A stretch of DNA of 64,000 bases from an uncultured Gammaproteobacteria bacterium (GCA_964612595.1 CAZTFB010000001.1:3058-67057), one strand, 5' to 3'. Shown: positions 12,301 to 20,237, counted from the first letter of the stretch. Numbers and translations are program-made. The notes: generated by a model from the sequence alone, not told the origin.

Positions 12301-13651
12301 CCAATACTTCAATGTTGGTTACATTTGCGATAGATACATCATTCGCAGTACAGTTAATAGGTCCGTCAACGAGTTCGTCTATGCAACTATTTTGTACAGT
12401 CTGCCCGCCAACTGGAGCTCCGGTTGGTCCAGCCGTAGGTGTTGCTGTAGGAACAGATGTGGGCGTGACTGTAGGTGTTGCTCCAGGCTCAGTAAAGAAA
12501 ACCTTTATCTGAACATGATCCAAGTTAACTAAGTTATTGCCTCCGCTCGTTCTTGCTCTAAGTCTAAAATTTCCATCTGAAAAATCATTGTAGCTCCACG
12601 CACGTCCCCAAGTGTCTGTAGCGCCACCTAAAACTATTTGTGAATCTGTGCCACTAAACGCGACAGGGTCTTCAGCAGTAAAGTTTAGACCGTTCCAAGA
12701 AAGTGAGATATGTAAGTCACGATTACCTGTTCGATTACCTTCTGTACGAACTTCTATACCGTCAATCGTTGATCCAGCGGGTATTCCAAAGGTAAAGTTG
12801 ACATAGTCAACTTGATCATTATTTGCATCGAAAACAGCGTAAGAATTATCTGAACTAAAAGCATTGTTTGGATTGGTAACGTTGATGACAGTGGTTGAAG
12901 CTGTTGGAGATTTATAATTAGTGTCGCTGTCAGTAAACGTTTTTCTCGCAACTAATTCGTTGGCTTCGTTGTATATATTGACCTCATAATTTGGTCGATA
13001 CATACCATCAAGCTGGTAGCTTGCGCTAAATTCACCTAGTTCATCGGTAGTTATGTATGTTTCAAACGTTACAGCAGGAGCATCTGAAGAAGAAATCACC
13101 ATTCTATACATAGTATGTGGAGAGAAGCCAGAGCCCTTTAGCAACACCATTTCTGTTGGTGCATAGTCTTCTTTATCAGTTACAACACTCGCATTACATC
13201 CGTTGAGCGAATCAGCATAACATTGATTAGATTCAACAACCGTTGACTCAACATGCGCATTTTCATCACTTACCGTAGGAACAACTTCCACAGTAGGCGT
13301 TGCTACAGAAGAGCTTGTCGGCTCAGATGGTTGTGATGTCTGTTCAGAAGGATTACTCGTGTTTTCTGAAGGTGAAGATGTGATCTCTTGAGTTGGTTCA
13401 ACTGTTGGCTCTGATGTTGGTTCTACCGATGGCTCCGCTGTTGGTTCTGAAGTTGGCGATTCTTCAACAGGGGTAACTTGTGATTCTTGGGTAGGTTCCG
13501 CTGTTGGTTCTGTTACTTCTTGAGCGATTACATTTGCGACTGGTAGTGGTTGTGATGTTAAGACGAGGGCGTAAGGCGCTATTGAGTTAAAAAGAATGAA
13601 AGCCGATGAGACGGCTGAGACAAATTTCTGAGCAGCTGTGTTGTATCTCAT
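6341..13651 (-). CDS. Giant (2436 aa) LPXTG-anchored repetitive surface protein/adhesin
   Basis: N-terminal hydrophobic leader. Pro/Thr/Glu-rich linkers. Many SdrD-B/Cna-B-like repeats (KYEDENGDGNR, KWEDLNGNGEWDQDEP, KYNDLNGNGSRDQEPGLQGW). C-terminal LPATG followed by a hydrophobic stretch and KKKKS. Confidence 0.9.
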   Translation of the reverse strand: MRYNTAAQKFVSAVSSAFILFNSIAPYALVLTSQPLPVANVIAQEVTEPTAEPTQESQVTPVEESPTSEPTAEPSVEPTSEPTVEPTQEITSSPSENTSNPSEQTSQPSEPTSSSVATPTVEVVPTVSDENAHVESTVVESNQCYADSLNGCNASVVTDKEDYAPTEMVLLKGSGFSPHTMYRMVISSSDAPAVTFETYITTDELGEFSASYQLDGMYRPNYEVNIYNEANELVARKTFTDSDTNYKSPTASTTVINVTNPNNAFSSDNSYAVFDANNDQVDYVNFTFGIPAGSTIDGIEVRTEGNRTGNRDLHISLSWNGLNFTAEDPVAFSGTDSQIVLGGATDTWGRAWSYNDFSDGNFRLRARTSGGNNLVNLDHVQIKVFFTEPGATPTVTPTSVPTATPTAGPTGAPVGGQTVQNSCIDELVDGPINCTANDVSIANVTNIEVLDDGCTSPSDTVTFRADWQVQSTATQRYNVGLWFATGGQSSALSGSCSISTLPYSPVPPWYNFDSNVCGDISSAAPVNPSLTLTVACIPDANNYLNLPYCTTWEQNATACTGPLDTVPGAPSKCNCEDGFSVPITVPEFAKIEVVKDLVPSNDSGTFNLQVNSTTEAACVSDAGTTGIVNVTAGTNANPGATHTVGETACAGTTISNYSSTITCVDRGTTNVVATSSGTGPLNVDVDPDDDIVCTITNTVNQGQLKVVKNTSGDNGTFDFSVSGPSASTPQITTVGNTGTTGFVSVNTGTYAVSETVPTGWSLTSASCTNAAGAPIGTSGSTGVTGITVGPNDQITCTFNNTRLRDITACKYEDENGDGNRTGDTLLGDWTMTLTPGNVVQVTDQNGCTTFNDLLPGQYTVTETQKTDWSNTTPLFQNVELTSSSDQTVYFGNFACATVSGSKWEDLNGNGEWDQDEPTVADWPINLSGQSEDQTTTDENGNYSFKVCTPGIHVVAEGTLDANTWYQTYPAYKYYDVTVESGNSYTDNDFGNAKYAQIYGYKYQDNDGDGQLDADDLLDTLGGWVFELYDGVTSALLNTYTTLSDGFFEFTGLLAGNTYYVKEQQQAGWTQTYGPQSLTPTPIGMVSGAETQVDFANFENIDITGTKYNDLNGNGSRDQEPGLQGWTIFIDTNDNQTLDQGEVSDTTDANGNYSFTNLGPGTYVVCEVAQSGWTQTSSPTCHTVVAESGQNSQGNDFGNQGRGTLIIKKVLNPTNDTSLWDMAVDGEYATASSTLGHNQTSQHILPDGEYDIVESPDTGVNGDLYDSTYSCTNQQAGNGRIIDDLSVNTGETVTCTFTNVARGSITIIKDANPNSAQDFAFTATGTGSFSLDDDADNTLSNSITIPSLVNGVYTFTEAAVDGWDLTGLTCSDGQSSVPSTVSLENRVATINLEPGENVTCTFTNTQRGSISGYKFEDADGDIASTDDLSAVLGWNIDLYSCLSGYVDCTKIDSATTDASGFYSFSNLVPDLYKVMEELVAGWTHLTTDELNVELVAGESDANNNFTNFKNVSVTVCKVIDRDGNTTTTNDQTPYTGWPVMLLEDGEVIDTQETGARTGCYTWSNLGPGHTYGVEEGTVNGYDAIGDTTHSFGLAQSGSQYSHTFYNQGRGTLIVQKMLNPTDDASLWDIDVTGDGVDEETTLGHNQSQEFDLPAGEYAVVENPDETVVEDIYDSSYACSNQQSGNGRNIDDITLSPGETVTCTFTNVARGTITVTKDVVPNDSTFWDFALKAGQQTVGSTSLADTESHTFTDLVNGEYVLSEETSELYATDIDCGVEGTASNQGSINFNLDPGESINCTYTNTRNTGKLIINKLLDEDGNLQTTDDRTDGVEWEFNVDGQSSDTPDLGPLSTDVNGEVTVDPLNTGTYNVGEVVEEGYKLLSAECTTGSQDGEIVYGVEVATDETATCTFINTRERGTVNVTKYHDVNADGTRDEGEEVLADWTINLDEDSELTGEDGEVTFNPVTGEYELSEDLPEGWIQSNIACSLDEEGIGSYNEENDSLSLTVGADQVIDCEIGNYQDGEIIVTKYSDDNGNGVWDKGEEAMGGWEMNLAQGESLKEQTTGEENGQTTFDDLTPGTYVLSEDQQKGWEQTAITCNVEETNPTVTPTVTGEPTATPTPGIFTGGLCHWNEGADKWNALAVEIDNPGHVGHELDFPYEGPREDNGHPDSQTGDDWCEENDPNQNFETQGLIDRVQAAEVDAIDEQIDTETVEVTSGQTVNCEVGNKPLIPELTIAKKNDTGGAPRVPGDIVTFTLTVTVAESSVEDTLVIDVPSEGFQYVGGSWTALKNGLPFIIPEPTYASPGTWSLGDLQIGDEIVLTYQAKVAATQDTGVYPDLAWSEGQSLGGEQVLALAQPEGFVDTNFVGTEVEILADNYINDSLDIRREEKREEGKVLGASTLPATGAATILALAALLMVAAGAGGVAYGLRLKKKKS

Positions 13652-13707
13652 AGTTTTGCTAAGAGGCCATTATATTACAGAATTGAAATTAATGCAAGTG
13701 CTTTTTA

Positions 13708-14040
13708 TTATACCTCCCCCAGAAGATCACGAAGACTTTTTGACTGTTGTTGCTTTCTTTCTTCAGTGGACTTTTTCTTTTCAGCGAGGGATTTTTTGAA
13801 GGCTTCAGCTCTCTGCATTTTTTCTTGGAACTTACCCACTTGTCCCTGGCTATCGACGAATCGTTTTTCACCAGTATAGAGAGGATGGGTAAAGGAGCTT
13901 ACTTCCACAGGAATGACGTGGTGCTTGACGCCATCGATGTCGATGGTTTGGTCAGAGGTCTTTGTTGAAGTGGAAAAAATCTGATGTTTTCCATCAACAA
14001 AAACGACTGGATGAACTTGTGGATGAATACCCTTTTTCAT
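13708..14040 (-). CDS. rpmE: Ribosomal protein L31 (with Lys/Glu-rich C-terminal tail)
   Basis: MKKGIHPQVHPVVF...HPLYTGEKRFVD is an L31 signature. Start chosen at ATG 14040, which removes the 18-codon extension overlapping prfA. Confidence 0.85.
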   Translation of the reverse strand: MKKGIHPQVHPVVFVDGKHQIFSTSTKTSDQTIDIDGVKHHVIPVEVSSFTHPLYTGEKRFVDSQGQVGKFQEKMQRAEAFKKSLAEKKKSTEERKQQQSKSLRDLLGEV

Positions 14041-14072
14041 ATTAAGAATGTGATTATAACAATCTTTGTTCA

Positions 14073-14759
14073 TTAACGCAACACTGTTTCCCACTTACCC
14101 TGGTCTATAATCGCAGAGAGATTATGATAGCTTTTTCCCGTGCGATGATCGGTAAGGCGGTTCTGTGGGAAATTATAGGTGCGAATTTTCTCTGCGCGAT
14201 CGCCTGTGCCGCGATCTTTTACATAGGAGTAAACGAGCCCGCGGCGCTCTTCATCAGCGAGCTGATAGAGTTTTGAGGCCAAGAGTTGGAGCGCAATTTG
14301 TCTGTTGGCCTGTTGGGTGCGCTCCTGGGAACAGGTTACCATAATGCCTGTTGGTTTATGGATAAGGCGGACAGCTGTAGAAACCTTATTAACGTTTTGT
14401 CCGCCGTGGCCGCCGGCTCTATAAAACTGCCAGTCAAGCTCATGCTCATTAACCTGCGATTGTGTTTCGGCAATAAACGGATAGACGACAATGACGGCGG
14501 TCGATGTATGGAGGCGGCCTCTTTTTTCCGTTGCGGGTATGCGTTGTACGCGATGCACGCCAGTCTCATTCTTAAAAAGTGTAAACGCCTCATTACCTTT
14601 TATGCGGATAATATTGTCATCAAGCCATGTGACGGCAAATTTTTCTTTTTCTGCAAATTTGAGATAGGAAGCGAGTAGATCCTTCATCCAAATCTTCGCT
14701 TCCTCTCCCCCGACGCCGGGATTTACTTCGATAATGGCAATACTGTTATTTATTTGCAT
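14073..14759 (-). CDS. prfA: Class-I peptide chain release factor, RF1-type, lacking the N-terminal domain (228 aa)
   Basis: [20 protein letters not shown] (a PxT tripeptide, as in RF1) and [11 protein letters not shown] (GGQ) are present. Only 12 nt separate its ATG from the hisS stop, so there is no room for a domain 1. Confidence 0.8.
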   Translation of the reverse strand: MQINNSIAIIEVNPGVGGEEAKIWMKDLLASYLKFAEKEKFAVTWLDDNIIRIKGNEAFTLFKNETGVHRVQRIPATEKRGRLHTSTAVIVVYPFIAETQSQVNEHELDWQFYRAGGHGGQNVNKVSTAVRLIHKPTGIMVTCSQERTQQANRQIALQLLASKLYQLADEERRGLVYSYVKDRGTGDRAEKIRTYNFPQNRLTDHRTGKSYHNLSAIIDQGKWETVLR

Positions 14760-14771
14760 GTTACTAGCTAG

Positions 14772-16016
14772 TTATTTTACTAAAAAATATGAGGCGAGTT
14801 TATCTTGTGCAATAGATTCTTGTGTATTTTCTTTAAGGTTCTTAACAACAACCGTATTATTCGCAATTTCATCGGGTCCAAGAATACACATATAAATAAT
14901 GTCTTTCTTAAGTGCGAATTTAATCTGTTTTTCTAATTTTTGCGTTGCATCAGGATAACAATCCGCTGCAATGCCACTTTTTCTGAGTGTGCTTGTCAAA
15001 GTAAGTGAGGCACTGATCTGTTCCGGCGAAAATATACTGACAAGTACACGATTTTCATTAAGTGGTGGAATCTTTCCAAGCTCCACAGCCGCCTCAAGGG
15101 TACGATCAAATCCGAGGCCAAAGCCGACAGCTGGCTGATCGACACCAACGAGTGAGTTAATGAGGTTGTCATACCTTCCACCACCACCGACAGAGCCAAC
15201 GATGTATTCAGGTACTGTACCTTCAAAGATCAGCCCGGTATAATAATCGAGGCCACGGGCTAGTGTAGGATCAAATTCAAGCACATCTTTTGGCACGCCG
15301 AGAGCAATAGCGGCATCCACGATGCTTTGGAGATGTTCAGAAGGCTTTGCGACCGCAAGTTTCTTTAAAAGCGCCATTCCCTCATTCTCGCTGATGCCTT
15401 TCGTAGCAAGCTCTTTAAGCAAATCATCTTCACTCAGCTTCTTTATCTTATCGATGGTTTGAATGATAGAAAGTACGTTCTCCTCTTTTACGCCAGCGCT
15501 TTTTACAGCTTCAATAAGCTGCTGGCGGTCATTTACTTGTATTTTTATTGAGGTGAGGCCAATTGCCTCGTAAATACCATAATATACCGCTAATATTTCA
15601 GCATCTGCGATATACGAATCAGACCCTATGATATCTGCGTCGCACTGGAAAAATTCGCGGTAGCGGCCTCTTTGTGGCTTATCCGCACGCCACACGGGCT
15701 GGATTTGATACCTTTTGTACGGAAAGACCAGTGAATTTTGATATTGCGCAACGACTCGGGCTGTTGGGACTGTCTGATCGTAGCGCATTGCAACGTTCCT
15801 TCCTCCTCTATCGCTGAATGTATAGATAAGCTTTTCTGCCTCAGCCCCATATTTACCCGTCAATAGTGATGCATACTCTAGAACAGGTGTTTCTAAAGGT
15901 TCAAATCCGTAGGCACTAAACACCCCGCGTATCTTTTCTATAAGCCATATACGCTTTTGGGCGTCGTACCCAATAAAATCACGAAAACCTTTGAGTGTCT
16001 GCATTTCTTGATTCAT
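14772..16016 (-). CDS. hisS: Histidyl-tRNA synthetase
   Basis: 414 aa with class II aaRS motifs (RYREFFQCD, GGGRYDNL). TATAAT (16023-16028, minus) ends 6 nt before the ATG, a leaderless-type arrangement. Confidence 0.9.
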   Translation of the reverse strand: MNQEMQTLKGFRDFIGYDAQKRIWLIEKIRGVFSAYGFEPLETPVLEYASLLTGKYGAEAEKLIYTFSDRGGRNVAMRYDQTVPTARVVAQYQNSLVFPYKRYQIQPVWRADKPQRGRYREFFQCDADIIGSDSYIADAEILAVYYGIYEAIGLTSIKIQVNDRQQLIEAVKSAGVKEENVLSIIQTIDKIKKLSEDDLLKELATKGISENEGMALLKKLAVAKPSEHLQSIVDAAIALGVPKDVLEFDPTLARGLDYYTGLIFEGTVPEYIVGSVGGGGRYDNLINSLVGVDQPAVGFGLGFDRTLEAAVELGKIPPLNENRVLVSIFSPEQISASLTLTSTLRKSGIAADCYPDATQKLEKQIKFALKKDIIYMCILGPDEIANNTVVVKNLKENTQESIAQDKLASYFLVK

Positions 16017-16096
16017 ACTGGAATTATATCAAATACAGACCGCAGTAGTGAACGAAGCCAGTTCTACTATAAGCTAGTCATTAGATAAGGAAAATC

Positions 16097-16125
16097 TTGA
16101 CAAACAGATGAAAACACGTTAAAAT
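16097..16125 (+). promoter_or_regulatory. Consensus sigma70-type promoter (TTGACA-17-TAAAAT) on the plus strand
   Basis: TTGACA at 16097-16102, a 17-nt spacer, and TAAAAT at 16120-16125. It points at a terminator only ~20 nt downstream. Confidence 0.45.
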
Positions 16126-16143
16126 ATCCCTAATAATTCTAAA

Positions 16144-16172
16144 AGAGCCACCTTCGGGAGGCTCTTTTTTTT
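16144..16172. terminator. Bidirectional hairpin terminator (UUCG loop)
   Basis: agagccacc-ttcg-ggaggctct is followed by T8 on the plus strand and preceded by A4. It serves the NYN gene on the minus strand and any plus-strand transcript from the 16097 promoter. Confidence 0.7.
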
Positions 16173-16180
16173 GACTACTC

Positions 16181-16777
16181 TTACTTACTATTATGCTGGA
16201 CCAAGCTTTCTAAGGGTAGAAGCCTGATCATCCCAGATTTAGCTAGATTCTTCACCTTTGTGCTTGTGATTCTACTCTCGCGTTTAAGCACAGAATACAC
16301 AGTAACAGATTTCTTTTTTTCGTTCACTAAAAACTCATACACTTTGATAAAATCACCATCCCCAGAAAATATGATTGCCTCATCGAATGTATTTTCGCAT
16401 GCCAAGCGCACAACATCCAGGGTGAGTTCGGTATCGCAATTTGCCTTCTTTTTGTCACGAGGATATACCTTTCTTGCAAAAGTATGCTTACATTTTGGAC
16501 ATGTTGCAGATAAATTCCATGGTTTTTGCTTGTATGCAACTACATACTTGATATTCACAATTACATCTTGTCGCGACAATCCAAGGTACTCACTTTCCTT
16601 TTCAGTATCACCAATTTCTACTCCCACGTAAATATAGACCTGCATTGCCTTTTTCTTGGCCTTTAACCACGATATAAGTTTCAGATAATCGAGATTAATG
16701 TATCCGAGTTGTTCATCGGCATTACGAACATTTTCAGCATCAATAAATACCACTGTTCTTTTGTGTTTCATTCGCAC
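16181..16777 (-). CDS. NYN/LabA-like (PIN-related) domain protein with CxxC insertion
   Basis: The pattern VVFIDAENV...IIFSGDGDF is typical of NYN/DUF88 nucleases. An internal CPKCKH segment is present. Confidence 0.6.
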   Translation of the reverse strand: MRMKHKRTVVFIDAENVRNADEQLGYINLDYLKLISWLKAKKKAMQVYIYVGVEIGDTEKESEYLGLSRQDVIVNIKYVVAYKQKPWNLSATCPKCKHTFARKVYPRDKKKANCDTELTLDVVRLACENTFDEAIIFSGDGDFIKVYEFLVNEKKKSVTVYSVLKRESRITSTKVKNLAKSGMIRLLPLESLVQHNSK

Positions 16778-16821
16778 ATTCTACTCTTGGATATTTTTGA
16801 AATCAACGAAAAGTTTTAGAG

Positions 16822-17958
16822 TTATTCAAACGTATCTAGCGTCATTGTTTTCTCAATCATTTCCTCATTTCTCCATAGTTTAACCTTAACTTTATCTCCC
16901 ACCTTCTTCTTCGCAATTAATTTCTGTAAGGTTTCCTGATCTGCGCCATTTACTTTTTGTCCATCAAACTCTGCGATAATATCTTCAGGCAGAATATCTG
17001 CCTTTGCTGCTGGTGAGTTTTCTACCACTGCAACAATAAACGCCCCCTCGGGAACATTGTTTAAAATCGCAGCCTGTTTTGATACCATCTGGTAACGCAC
17101 CCCGATATACGGGCGCAAAATCTTCCCCCCACCCTCATTAAAGTTTTGCACAAGCTCCTTTACGACATTAACAGGAATTGCGAAACCAATATTCTGGCTA
17201 TCTGACGAGACGGCAGTATTAACACCAATAACTTCGCCTTGCGAGTTTAAGAGCGGTCCTCCCGAGTTTCCTGGATTGATTGCTGCATCAGTCTGGATAA
17301 CATTATCAAGACGCTCTACAAACCCCTCAAGCGGCGATCCTGCAGTAATACCTCGCCCCAACCCAGAAATGATGCCTGTGGTGACGGTGTTGGTAAATTC
17401 GCCGAGTGGCGTACCGATCGCTATAACAATTTGTCCTAGCTTTAGATTGCTTGAATCGCCCAGCGATATAGGCTTGAGCACTTTCTTCTCTATGCGCACG
17501 ATAGCAAGATCATTAAGCGGATCGCGCGAAATCTGTGTAATCTTATAGGTTTCTTCTCCGACAATAATATGGTATTCAGCCGACGTATCGCTGACAACAT
17601 GTTTATTCGTCACGACGAGATCCTCGCCGATAGCAAAACCGCTACCGATGTTGCGTTCAATTGTCTCTGGCGTACCCTGGCGCTGTCGAAATGAGCCAAA
17701 CGGATCAAAGGGATTGATCTCAAAGACATTTTGATTCTGCGTCTTTGTTATAGATACAGTAACGACAGAAGGCACAGCTTTCTCTATTGCCTGGATGATG
17801 ACCGATTCTTCAGATAGTACGGTTACCTTTTTAGTGCCTTGATCAAGCGTAACCGTAGAAGGGCTACGAAGTTTTGATGTAACATCGTCTAAGTAGCCAT
17901 TATCATACGCCCAAAGACCAATGACTGCTAAGAAAAGCAGTAAAAGCACCCTTTTCAT
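16822..17958 (-). CDS. htrA: HtrA/DegP-family serine protease with PDZ domain
   Basis: TNKHV, DLAIV and GNSGGPL form the catalytic triad context. C-terminal PDZ-like region. N-terminal signal/anchor. Confidence 0.88.
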   Translation of the reverse strand: MKRVLLLLFLAVIGLWAYDNGYLDDVTSKLRSPSTVTLDQGTKKVTVLSEESVIIQAIEKAVPSVVTVSITKTQNQNVFEINPFDPFGSFRQRQGTPETIERNIGSGFAIGEDLVVTNKHVVSDTSAEYHIIVGEETYKITQISRDPLNDLAIVRIEKKVLKPISLGDSSNLKLGQIVIAIGTPLGEFTNTVTTGIISGLGRGITAGSPLEGFVERLDNVIQTDAAINPGNSGGPLLNSQGEVIGVNTAVSSDSQNIGFAIPVNVVKELVQNFNEGGGKILRPYIGVRYQMVSKQAAILNNVPEGAFIVAVVENSPAAKADILPEDIIAEFDGQKVNGADQETLQKLIAKKKVGDKVKVKLWRNEEMIEKTMTLDTFE

Positions 17959-19214
17959 AGATATACTGCAGAGTTTTCTGAATTGCTAACGCTACTTTTC
18001 AGTATTTCGATAGCTTTGTTAAGTTGAAGATCGTCCTCTCGCTTCATCGTATTGCCTTCTTTTATTTCGAGTTTGACTTCTACGTCAGGCTTTATACCTG
18101 TTTCTTGAATCCAACTTCCACCAGGAAGTACCCACTTTGAGATGGTGACATGGAGTCCAGCATTATCATCAAGATCAAGTGCCTGTTGTACAGTCCCCTT
18201 CCCGAAAGAGTTCTCCCCGACAATAGTCGCCTTTTTATGGTCACGTAGCGCACCAGCGACAATTTCTGATGCTGATGCCGAGCCTTTATTGAGAAGGATT
18301 GTAACGGGTATGTTCTGTAGTTTTCCATCGCGTTTTGCAAAGTATTTTTCTGGTTCTTTGTCAGCATATTCTTGTTTTACGACCAAGTCGCGAGCAGATA
18401 AAAATTCAGAAGCGACATGGATCGCACCATCAAGATACCCCCCCGGATTACCACGCATATCTATAACAATACCCTTCAGACTCCCTTTATTTTTTCTTGC
18501 GAGTAATTCTTGCACCGTTTTATCCCAGAGTTCGTTTGTGGGCTCGCCAAATCGTGAAAGCTCAATAATGGCAATGTCGTTTTCGTACGTTGTTTCCACA
18601 AAAGGAATATTTATTTCATCTCGAATAACAGCAACATCAACCTCTTTATCTACACGAAACATTGTCAAAACAACTTTCTCACCTTTTGGTCCACGAATCT
18701 TTGCAACCGCCTGTTGCAGCGTCCAGTTTTTTGTTGATTCATTATCAACCTTTACCACAATGTCGCCCGCCTTAACGCCTGCCTTTTCGGCTGGAGAGTT
18801 TTTAAGTGGTGTCACAACGACAATCTGATTATCATTCATCCCAAGCTCTGCGCCAATACCAAAGAAAATGCCTTTAAGGTCGTCTTTCGATTGTTTATTC
18901 TCTTCGGGAGTTAAAAAGAATGTATAGTTGTCTTCAACAGAGGCGACCATGCCTTTTATAGCGCCATAGTACATTTTCATGGGGTCTAGTTTTTCCTTAT
19001 CTACATAATATTCTCCTAGTGTGTCCCATGTCTGCCAAAAAAGAGAAAAATCGAGATTGGTTGTGTTACCTTTTTCGAGATTTGTTACGTTAATATCTTT
19101 AGATGAAATGGAGCCACCCCTTGTTCGGGACTCGCCCACTTTAATACCAATAAGTAGAATAATCATACCGACACAAATAAGAAGAATTTTGTGTGTAGTT
19201 TCATTCATTTTCAT
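17955..19214 (-). CDS. ctpA: Carboxy-terminal processing (S41) peptidase
   Basis: PDZ region plus the GSASASEI...K S41 catalytic region. Its TGA stop overlaps the htrA ATG (ATGA). Confidence 0.85.
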   Translation of the reverse strand: MKMNETTHKILLICVGMIILLIGIKVGESRTRGGSISSKDINVTNLEKGNTTNLDFSLFWQTWDTLGEYYVDKEKLDPMKMYYGAIKGMVASVEDNYTFFLTPEENKQSKDDLKGIFFGIGAELGMNDNQIVVVTPLKNSPAEKAGVKAGDIVVKVDNESTKNWTLQQAVAKIRGPKGEKVVLTMFRVDKEVDVAVIRDEINIPFVETTYENDIAIIELSRFGEPTNELWDKTVQELLARKNKGSLKGIVIDMRGNPGGYLDGAIHVASEFLSARDLVVKQEYADKEPEKYFAKRDGKLQNIPVTILLNKGSASASEIVAGALRDHKKATIVGENSFGKGTVQQALDLDDNAGLHVTISKWVLPGGSWIQETGIKPDVEVKLEIKEGNTMKREDDLQLNKAIEILKSSVSNSENSAVYL

Positions 19215-19241
19215 AAGGTATCTGCCATTATAGCATGTATT

Positions 19242-19964
19242 TTAGTACGCAACAGCTTTCATATCGAGCTTTGAGAAAGCGCAATGTTTTTTCTTTGTAT
19301 GAAGAAGTTCTTCAAAATCTTTTTTTGACTTTAACGTCGCTGATGGCACGTCGGACAATGGAAATTCGTTTGGCGAAAGGCATCCCCCAGCATCGAGCGC
19401 ATCAAGCTTTGACATGATATGTACTTGAGGATTCTCGAGTAAAATGACGCGCTTCCCTATTTCGTCGGAACCAATAGTAAAAAAATCTTTTTCATCCATA
19501 GTAAACAGCTCACCTCCGCCATCCATGTTGACAGACGTAAGCGGGTATTCATGTCCTTCTTTAAATGAGACAGTGAACGTATTCTTATCTGGATTAATAG
19601 CGTGAATAGTACCTGTGAACCATGACGCTTTTTCTTTTCCAGTTGCTTGAGAACCAAACCGCACGATGATTTCACCCGTATCAAGCTGAATACGATCAAC
19701 AACACCTTCAATATCACTCTCAGCTCGTTTTTTTCCTATAAACGATTTTTTTTCGGCGAGTACGGTACCTGGTGAAACCTGTTGACCGACTACTATGGTG
19801 AGGAAATTAAAAAGGTTGTCGGGTTTAATTGAAAGTGCGTCCGCTATGTCGAATATTTTCAGCTCAGAAGAGTGGTAGGTAATAAGTGGGTCGCCAACCT
19901 TAACCGAGGCTCCCTTTTCTGGAATAAGTACACCATCCGACGGAAGTGCAAACGTTAACTGCAT
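19242..19964 (-). CDS. Hypothetical protein with biotinyl/lipoyl-like barrel-hybrid segments
   Basis: 240-aa ORF. GASVKVGDPLI and GQQVSPGTVLAEKK resemble hybrid-barrel motifs. No confident family. Confidence 0.4.
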   Translation of the reverse strand: MQLTFALPSDGVLIPEKGASVKVGDPLITYHSSELKIFDIADALSIKPDNLFNFLTIVVGQQVSPGTVLAEKKSFIGKKRAESDIEGVVDRIQLDTGEIIVRFGSQATGKEKASWFTGTIHAINPDKNTFTVSFKEGHEYPLTSVNMDGGGELFTMDEKDFFTIGSDEIGKRVILLENPQVHIMSKLDALDAGGCLSPNEFPLSDVPSATLKSKKDFEELLHTKKKHCAFSKLDMKAVAY

Positions 19965-19990
19965 ATAAATGATTATATATCATTCAGAAG

Positions 19991-20224
19991 TTATTCTGAA
20001 TCTTCATCATTATGCGAGAGTTTCTCCTTTTGGTAGGAGGTATAAGGAAGAAGGCCAAGATAGCGAGCAAACTTTATCTGTTCAGCCAACTTGCGCTGAT
20101 TCTTAGCAGTAAGGCCACTTTTTTCTGTAGAGACAATTTTTCCTCTTGATGTAAGGAATTTCTTAAGTGTTTCAACATCTTTAAACGATGGTTCTGTGTT
20201 GTATGTTTTGAAATAGTCTTTCAT
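19991..20224 (-). CDS. rpsR: Ribosomal protein S18
   Basis: The 77-aa sequence ...GKIVSTEKSGLTAKNQRKLAEQIKFARYLGLLPY is an S18 signature. Conserved rpsF-ssb-rpsR order. Confidence 0.88.
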   Translation of the reverse strand: MKDYFKTYNTEPSFKDVETLKKFLTSRGKIVSTEKSGLTAKNQRKLAEQIKFARYLGLLPYTSYQKEKLSHNDEDSE

Positions 20225-20237
20225 AGGTTAATGGTTT

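Noticed and set aside
6341-13651. About 20 short ORFs on either strand inside the giant surface-protein gene. Also the Pro/Thr-coding tandem repeats (~13290-13520, ~12400-12480, ~7290-7330), considered as a possible CRISPR or satellite array.
   Set aside because: The 2436-codon frame is continuous and domain-structured, so the embedded ORFs are by-products. The repeats are imperfect, in-frame low-complexity linkers without spacer-repeat periodicity.
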